DNA of 32,000 nt from Rhodobacter capsulatus SB 1003. GTDB taxonomy: Bacteria > Pseudomonadota > Alphaproteobacteria > Rhodobacterales > Rhodobacteraceae. The notes below the pieces were generated by a model. The model had not been told where the DNA came from. It did no database searches and saw only the letters and a list, made by a program, of their open reading frames with translations. Below are positions 26,943-32,000 of this stretch, one piece after another. The position numbers and the translations under genes were made by a program. The stretch lies in NCBI RefSeq assembly GCF_000021865.1, contig NC_014034.1:30001-62000 (forward strand), written 5' to 3'. The first letter of the stretch is position 1, and each line of letters starts with the position of its first letter.

Positions 26943-27522
26943 GGGACCTCAGAAGCACATGGTGACGCGCGGTAAAGGCTGCGCGCACCTCGGGCGGGGG
27001 ACGCAGGCGGATCGCCAGACCCCGCACAAGGACAGGATCGGGCTTTCCGAAGATCCTGTCCGCCTCGGCCTCTGAAAATCCCGCGATCTGTTCGGCCTCG
27101 AGCCGGGCCGAAACCGTGTCTGCCGCCTTGATCGCGCGTTTGATCGGGGCGGGCAGCACCGCGGGCAGGCCGAAGCGCAGATGCACCGCCGCCGTCAGCC
27201 GGTCATCCAGCTCCACATAGCCCTTGCCGATCGCCGCCTTGACCGGGGTGATCATGTCGCCCAGCACATATTCGGGCGCGTCATGCAACAAGGCCGCCAG
27301 CCGCCAGCGTTCGCCGATGCCGGGATTGGCGCGGGCGAAAAGCTCTTCGACCAGCAGCGAATGTTCCGCCACCGAATAGGCGTAATCCCCCGTCGTCTGG
27401 CCGTTCCAGCGCGCGACAAAGGCCAGCCCATGGGCGATATCCTCGATTTCGATGTCCATCGGCGTCGGGTCGAGCAGATCCAGTCTGCGTCCCGAAAGCA
27501 TCCTCTGCCACGCCCGTTTCAT
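26932..27522 (-). CDS. HD-domain phosphohydrolase (YfbR-like; corresponds to orf5 of the hvrB-ahcY region)
   Basis: 196 aa with the HD-superfamily motifs [10 protein letters not shown] and [28 protein letters not shown] lies 6 nt upstream of ATG 27522. It is divergent from ahcY. Confidence 0.8.
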   Translation of the reverse strand: MKRAWQRMLSGRRLDLLDPTPMDIEIEDIAHGLAFVARWNGQTTGDYAYSVAEHSLLVEELFARANPGIGERWRLAALLHDAPEYVLGDMITPVKAAIGKGYVELDDRLTAAVHLRFGLPAVLPAPIKRAIKAADTVSARLEAEQIAGFSEAEADRIFGKPDPVLVRGLAIRLRPPPEVRAAFTARHHVLLRSLSG

Positions 27523-27532
27523 CGCATTCCCC

Positions 27533-27573
27533 CGTTTACCCCCTGCTAGCCAAAGCGAAACGGACTGTAAACG
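27533..27573. promoter_or_regulatory. Inverted repeat CGTTTAC-N27-GTAAACG in the orf5/ahcY divergent promoter region
   Basis: Seen directly: 27533-27539 and 27567-27573. A second, imperfect dyad GTGCGC-N6-GCGC(C)AC lies at 27580-27598. These are candidate binding sites for the neighbouring LysR regulator HvrB, but I found no clean T-N11-A box. Confidence 0.3.
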
Positions 27574-27647
27574 TCGCAGGTGCGCTTCGTTGCGCCACGG
27601 GGCTCAAGATGCTATGCAACCACCGACTGAAATTCGAGGAGCGCCCG

Positions 27648-29039
<1,392 letters not shown>

Positions 29040-29060
29040 TCCTGCCATTTGCGGCAGCGG

Positions 29061-29088
29061 GCGGGGCCTTCGGGCCCCGCTTTCATTT
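29061..29088 (+). terminator. Rho-independent terminator downstream of ahcY
   Basis: Perfect 8-bp GC stem: GCGGGGCC (29061-29068) pairs with GGCCCCGC (29073-29080) around a TTCG tetraloop. It is followed by TTTCATTT. Confidence 0.85.
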
Positions 29089-29199
29089 GTCCCCTGCCCT
29101 CTCGGCAAAGACATGCCGGTGCCGCGGAAATTCCTTTGTCTCGCTGCGCGGTCCCGCCTAGGCTTCTGGCGGAGGACGCGCCAAACCGGAGAGAGGCAG

Positions 29200-29541
29200 A
29201 TGGGCAAACGGGACGCATTGATCGCAAAATATGCCGAGGCTCTGCAGGGCAAATGCGGGATCACGCCCGACATGGCGCTGCTGGAGAAAGTCACCATCGG
29301 CTGCGGACCGGCGATCTATGACCCCGATGCCGAGATCGTCGCCGCGACGCAGAAATCCGAGATCGATCAGATCCGGCGCAATTTCCTGATCCGGAAGCTG
29401 GGCCTGCCCGACGGCCCCGATCTGGAGGATGCGATCGATGCCGCGATCGAGACCTATGGCCGGTCGGAACCGCGCAAATATCGCGCGGTGATCTATTACA
29501 TGCTGGTCCGGCACTTCCGCAGGGAAAGCCTGTATCTGTAA
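29200..29541 (+). CDS. Conserved hypothetical protein (DUF2853-like)
   Basis: ATG 29200 is preceded by GGAGAGAGG. It encodes 113 aa, MGKRDALIAKYAEALQGKCGITPDMALLEKVTIGCGP...RKYRAVIYYMLVRHFRRESLYL. This resembles the small alphaproteobacterial DUF2853 family as I remember it. The family assignment is unverified. Confidence 0.7.
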   Translation: MGKRDALIAKYAEALQGKCGITPDMALLEKVTIGCGPAIYDPDAEIVAATQKSEIDQIRRNFLIRKLGLPDGPDLEDAIDAAIETYGRSEPRKYRAVIYYMLVRHFRRESLYL

Positions 29542-29542
29542 G

Positions 29543-30154
29543 TCAGATCAAGGCCTTGATCGCGGCCACATGGGCGGGCCTTGCGGCGGTCGCATCGGCG
29601 AGCAAATCGGCCAGCGCCGCATCCATCGCCTCGGGGGCGACGATCCGGTCGAGCAACCCCCAGGCAAGCGCCTCCTCGGCCTCGATCTTCTGCCCGGCCA
29701 TCAGGATCATCTTGGCCCGCGACGGCCCGACAAGCGCCGCAAGCCGCTTCGGGTCCGAGGGCTGCGGCAGGAAGCCCAGCTTCATCACCGGGTAGAACAG
29801 CTTCGCCTGCGGCACCGAAATCCGCAGATCGCAGGCCAGCACCATCCCCATCGCCCCCCCGGCCAGCGTGCCGTTCAGCGCCGCGATGGTCAGACAGGGC
29901 AGCGCCGCGACCGCGCCGGACAGCCGTTCCCAGACCGGATCGGTGGCCAGCCCCGCCCGGGCCTCGTCCAGATCGGCCCCCGCCGAAAACACCTTGCCGG
30001 TGCCGCGCAGCACAAGCGCATGCGCCTCGGCCCGACCGGCGGCCTCGGCCGCATCGGCAATGTCGGAGAGCATCCCCCGGGTCAGCGAATTCGCCTTTTC
30101 CGGCCGGTTGATCGTCACCGTCCAGATGCCGTCCGCCGATTTCACCTCGATCAT
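29543..30154 (-). CDS. Enoyl-CoA hydratase/isomerase (crotonase) family protein, short form
   Basis: 203 aa. It has crotonase signatures (TINRPEKANSL, oxyanion motif KVFSAGADL, ...AALNGTLAGGAMGMVLACDLR). A GGAGGG SD lies upstream of ATG 30154. It is shorter than the usual crotonase of about 260 aa. Confidence 0.8.
   Translation of the reverse strand: MIEVKSADGIWTVTINRPEKANSLTRGMLSDIADAAEAAGRAEAHALVLRGTGKVFSAGADLDEARAGLATDPVWERLSGAVAALPCLTIAALNGTLAGGAMGMVLACDLRISVPQAKLFYPVMKLGFLPQPSDPKRLAALVGPSRAKMILMAGQKIEAEEALAWGLLDRIVAPEAMDAALADLLADATAARPAHVAAIKALI
29546..29561. repeat. Perfect 16-bp palindrome GATCAAGGCCTTGATC at a convergent gene junction
   Basis: Seen directly. It begins 5 nt after the DUF2853-like stop and encodes the last five residues (IKALI) of the convergent crotonase gene. 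It can fold as a 6-bp stem with a GGCC loop on either strand. Confidence 0.6.
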
Positions 30155-30262
30155 CTTGCCCTCCGCCTGCCGCCTTGCCCCCGTGTTAGCAACCCCATTG
30201 CCCCTTGACCATTACCGATGTGCAGCGGAAGGTGGAGCCATTCCTTATCCAAGAGGCCCCCG

Positions 30263-31771
30263 ATGGCACGGCTCACATCCGCTGGCACAACCACTTTCAT
30301 CGCCCTTCTCATGAGTTCGACCGCCGTCATGGCCGATGTGACGCCGGAAGAGGTCTGGGACAGCTGGCAAAAGCAGTATTCCGCCTATGGTTTCACCGTC
30401 ACCCCCGGCGCGGTCGCGCGCGACGGCGACGTTCTGACGATTTCCGATCTTGTCCTGACGAACGAGAGCACCACCGAAATCGGCACCGACAAGCAGGTGT
30501 CGAAAACCGTGCTGACCGTGCCCGCGATCCTGCTCGAGGATCTGGGCGACGGCACCGTCGAGGGCACGATCGAGGGCGAGATCACCGGCAGCAATGACAC
30601 CACCGACGCCACCGGCAAGACCGAGACGGCAAAGATCAGGATCGACAAGACCGATGCCAGCGTGGTGATCTCCGGCACGCCCGAGGAAATGTCCTATCTG
30701 GTCGATGCGCCCGAGATTTCCGCCAGCATCGAGGCCCAGCCCTCGGCCCCGGGCGCGCAGCCGGCGCTTTTGGGGATGACGCTGACCGGGCTTGCCGGCA
30801 CGCAGATGATGACCACGACCGGCGGCCAGGGCACCAAGGCCGATCTGACCGCCGAAACCATGGCGCTGACGATGACCGGCAGCGATCCCGAAGACGCGAC
30901 CACGATCGATGCGACGATCGAGATGCAGGATCTGGCGATCAAGGGCGACAGCCTGATGCCCGAAGGCGCGGATGCCGCGGAACTGGGCGATGCGATCGCC
31001 AAGGGGATGCGCACCAACAGCCAGATGAGCTATGGCGCGCTGAGCTACACCATGTCCTCGAAGACGAAGACCGGGCCCGTCAGCATGTCCGGCTCTGCCG
31101 AAAGCGGTCAGGCGATCATCGCTTTCTCGCGCGAGGCGGTGCGGTATTCGGCCACCGGCAGCAAGACCAAGGTCGATATCCAGACCGCCGAATTCCCGAT
31201 GCCGCTTTCGGCCACCATCGATCAGGGCGAAGTCGACTTTGCCATGCCGCTGAGCGCCAAGCCCGAGCCGCAACCCTTCACCAGCAAGGTCTCGCTGGTC
31301 GGGCTGAGCCTTTCCGATCAGATCTGGTCGATGCTCGACCCGACGGCGCAGCTGAGCCATGGTCCGGCGACGCTGATCGTCGATCTGACCGGCACCGGCA
31401 AGCCGCTGGTCGATCTGTTCTCGGCTGCGGCGGCCGCCTCGCCGGTGCCGCCGGTGCAGATCGACAGCCTGAACGTCAACAAGCTGCAGCTGACCGCCGC
31501 GGGCGCCGAGCTGACCGGCAATGGCGCGCTGACCTTCAACAATGCGACGGCCACGCCGATGCCGCTGGGCGCCATCGATCTGAAACTGTCGGGCGCGAAC
31601 AAGCTGATGGACGGGCTGGTGGCCATGGGGCTGATGCCGCAAGATCAGGTGATGTTCGCCAAGATGATGATGGGCATGTATGCCGTGCCCGCGGGCGAGG
31701 ATCTGTTCACCTCGAAGATCGAGTTCAAGGAAGGCGGCCAGATTCTGGCCAATGGCCAGCCGATCAAGTAA
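30263..31771 (+). CDS. Secreted uncharacterised protein (possibly DUF2125 family)
   Basis: I prefer ATG 30263, giving the signal peptide MARLTSAGTTTFIALLMSSTAVMA/DV. The protein is 502 aa, rich in Thr/Ala/Gly/Asp/Met, with no Cys in the mature part and very few Arg. GC3 is high in this frame. The 526-aa antisense ORF is Arg/Gly/His-rich shadow. The family call is from memory only. Confidence 0.7.
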   Translation: MARLTSAGTTTFIALLMSSTAVMADVTPEEVWDSWQKQYSAYGFTVTPGAVARDGDVLTISDLVLTNESTTEIGTDKQVSKTVLTVPAILLEDLGDGTVEGTIEGEITGSNDTTDATGKTETAKIRIDKTDASVVISGTPEEMSYLVDAPEISASIEAQPSAPGAQPALLGMTLTGLAGTQMMTTTGGQGTKADLTAETMALTMTGSDPEDATTIDATIEMQDLAIKGDSLMPEGADAAELGDAIAKGMRTNSQMSYGALSYTMSSKTKTGPVSMSGSAESGQAIIAFSREAVRYSATGSKTKVDIQTAEFPMPLSATIDQGEVDFAMPLSAKPEPQPFTSKVSLVGLSLSDQIWSMLDPTAQLSHGPATLIVDLTGTGKPLVDLFSAAAAASPVPPVQIDSLNVNKLQLTAAGAELTGNGALTFNNATATPMPLGAIDLKLSGANKLMDGLVAMGLMPQDQVMFAKMMMGMYAVPAGEDLFTSKIEFKEGGQILANGQPIK

Positions 31772-31792
31772 GACAAACCTGCCGAACCAGCG

Positions 31793-31819
31793 AAACCGCC
31801 CGGCTTCCCGGGCGGTTTT
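31793..31819 (+). terminator. Rho-independent terminator downstream of the secreted-protein gene
   Basis: AAACCGCCCGG (31793-31803) pairs with CCGGGCGGTTT (31808-31818) around a CTTC loop. The stem ends in TTTT. Confidence 0.8.
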
Positions 31820-31834
31820 CCACAAGGAGAGCCG

Positions 31835-32000
31835 ATGCCCCCCGTTCTTGCCGATCTGACCGATGCCCTGCTTTCCGCCGCCCGCAAGGCCGGAGCCGAG
31901 GCGGCCGATGCCCTGGCCGTCGATGGCCGCGCCGTGTCGATCGATGTCCGCGGCGGGGCGCTGGAACAGGCGGAACGTTCCGAAGGGCTGGAAATCGGCC
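31835..32000 (+). CDS. pmbA: TldE/PmbA-family metalloprotease, N-terminal fragment (3' end outside window)
   Basis: ATG 31835 is preceded by AAGGAGA (31824-31830). The frame stays open to the window edge and is not in the ORF track because no stop is reached. The translation MPPVLADLTDALLSAARKAGAEAADALAVDGRAVSIDVRGGALEQAERSEGLEIG fits the PmbA/TldD N-terminal pattern. Confidence 0.6.
   Translation, partial: MPPVLADLTDALLSAARKAGAEAADALAVDGRAVSIDVRGGALEQAERSEGLEIG

Noticed and set aside
27523-27647. Possible SAH riboswitch in the ahcY leader (GGCUCAAG and CGAGGAGCGCC resemble conserved SAH-riboswitch strings)
   Set aside because: The order of the elements is wrong relative to the SAH-riboswitch consensus as I remember it (GAGGAGCGC at the 5' side, AGGCUC in the middle, AACGGCGCUC at the 3' side). 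Here GAGGAG is simply the SD, 6 nt from the ATG. I cannot build the P1/P2/P4 pseudoknot. A covariance-model scan (Rfam RF01057) would be decisive, and a significant hit would overturn this rejection.

Overview
High-GC (about two-thirds G+C by eye) alphaproteobacterial core chromosome. I read about 30 protein genes and no rRNA, tRNA, CRISPR, transposase, integrase or phage genes. The centre of the window is the redox/light regulatory locus regB | senC-regA-hvrA | hvrB-orf5 | ahcY. From memory, that gene order and the RegA, HvrA and HvrB sequences match the published Rhodobacter capsulatus locus, so the source is R. capsulatus or a very close relative. The flanks are conserved housekeeping blocks. 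Left: lysR (partial), tamB-tamA, idi, secB, fxsA, then the divergent Tim44-like and smr genes. Middle, all on the minus strand: PAS protein, tsaE, amgK-like, murU-like, addB, addA, trxA, hslV, hslU and a DUF900 lipoprotein. Right: a DUF2853-like gene, a short crotonase, a secreted uncharacterised protein and pmbA/tldE (partial). I found no defence island or mobile element, and I do not claim a new multi-gene system. The items most worth follow-up are small and regulatory. (1) A perfect 15-bp inverted repeat buries the hvrA start codon and leaves its Shine-Dalgarno in the loop. (2) A membrane-anchored triple-PAS protein with no output domain sits directly downstream of regB. (3) A 30-codon ORF with a strong SD lies divergent from hvrB. 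(4) Palindromes occupy the regB/senC and regB/PAS spacers. (5) Every convergent gene junction in the window has essentially no intergenic spacer. The long ORFs antisense to recognisable genes are high-GC shadow ORFs. All homology calls come from motif and sequence recognition by eye, not from searches.
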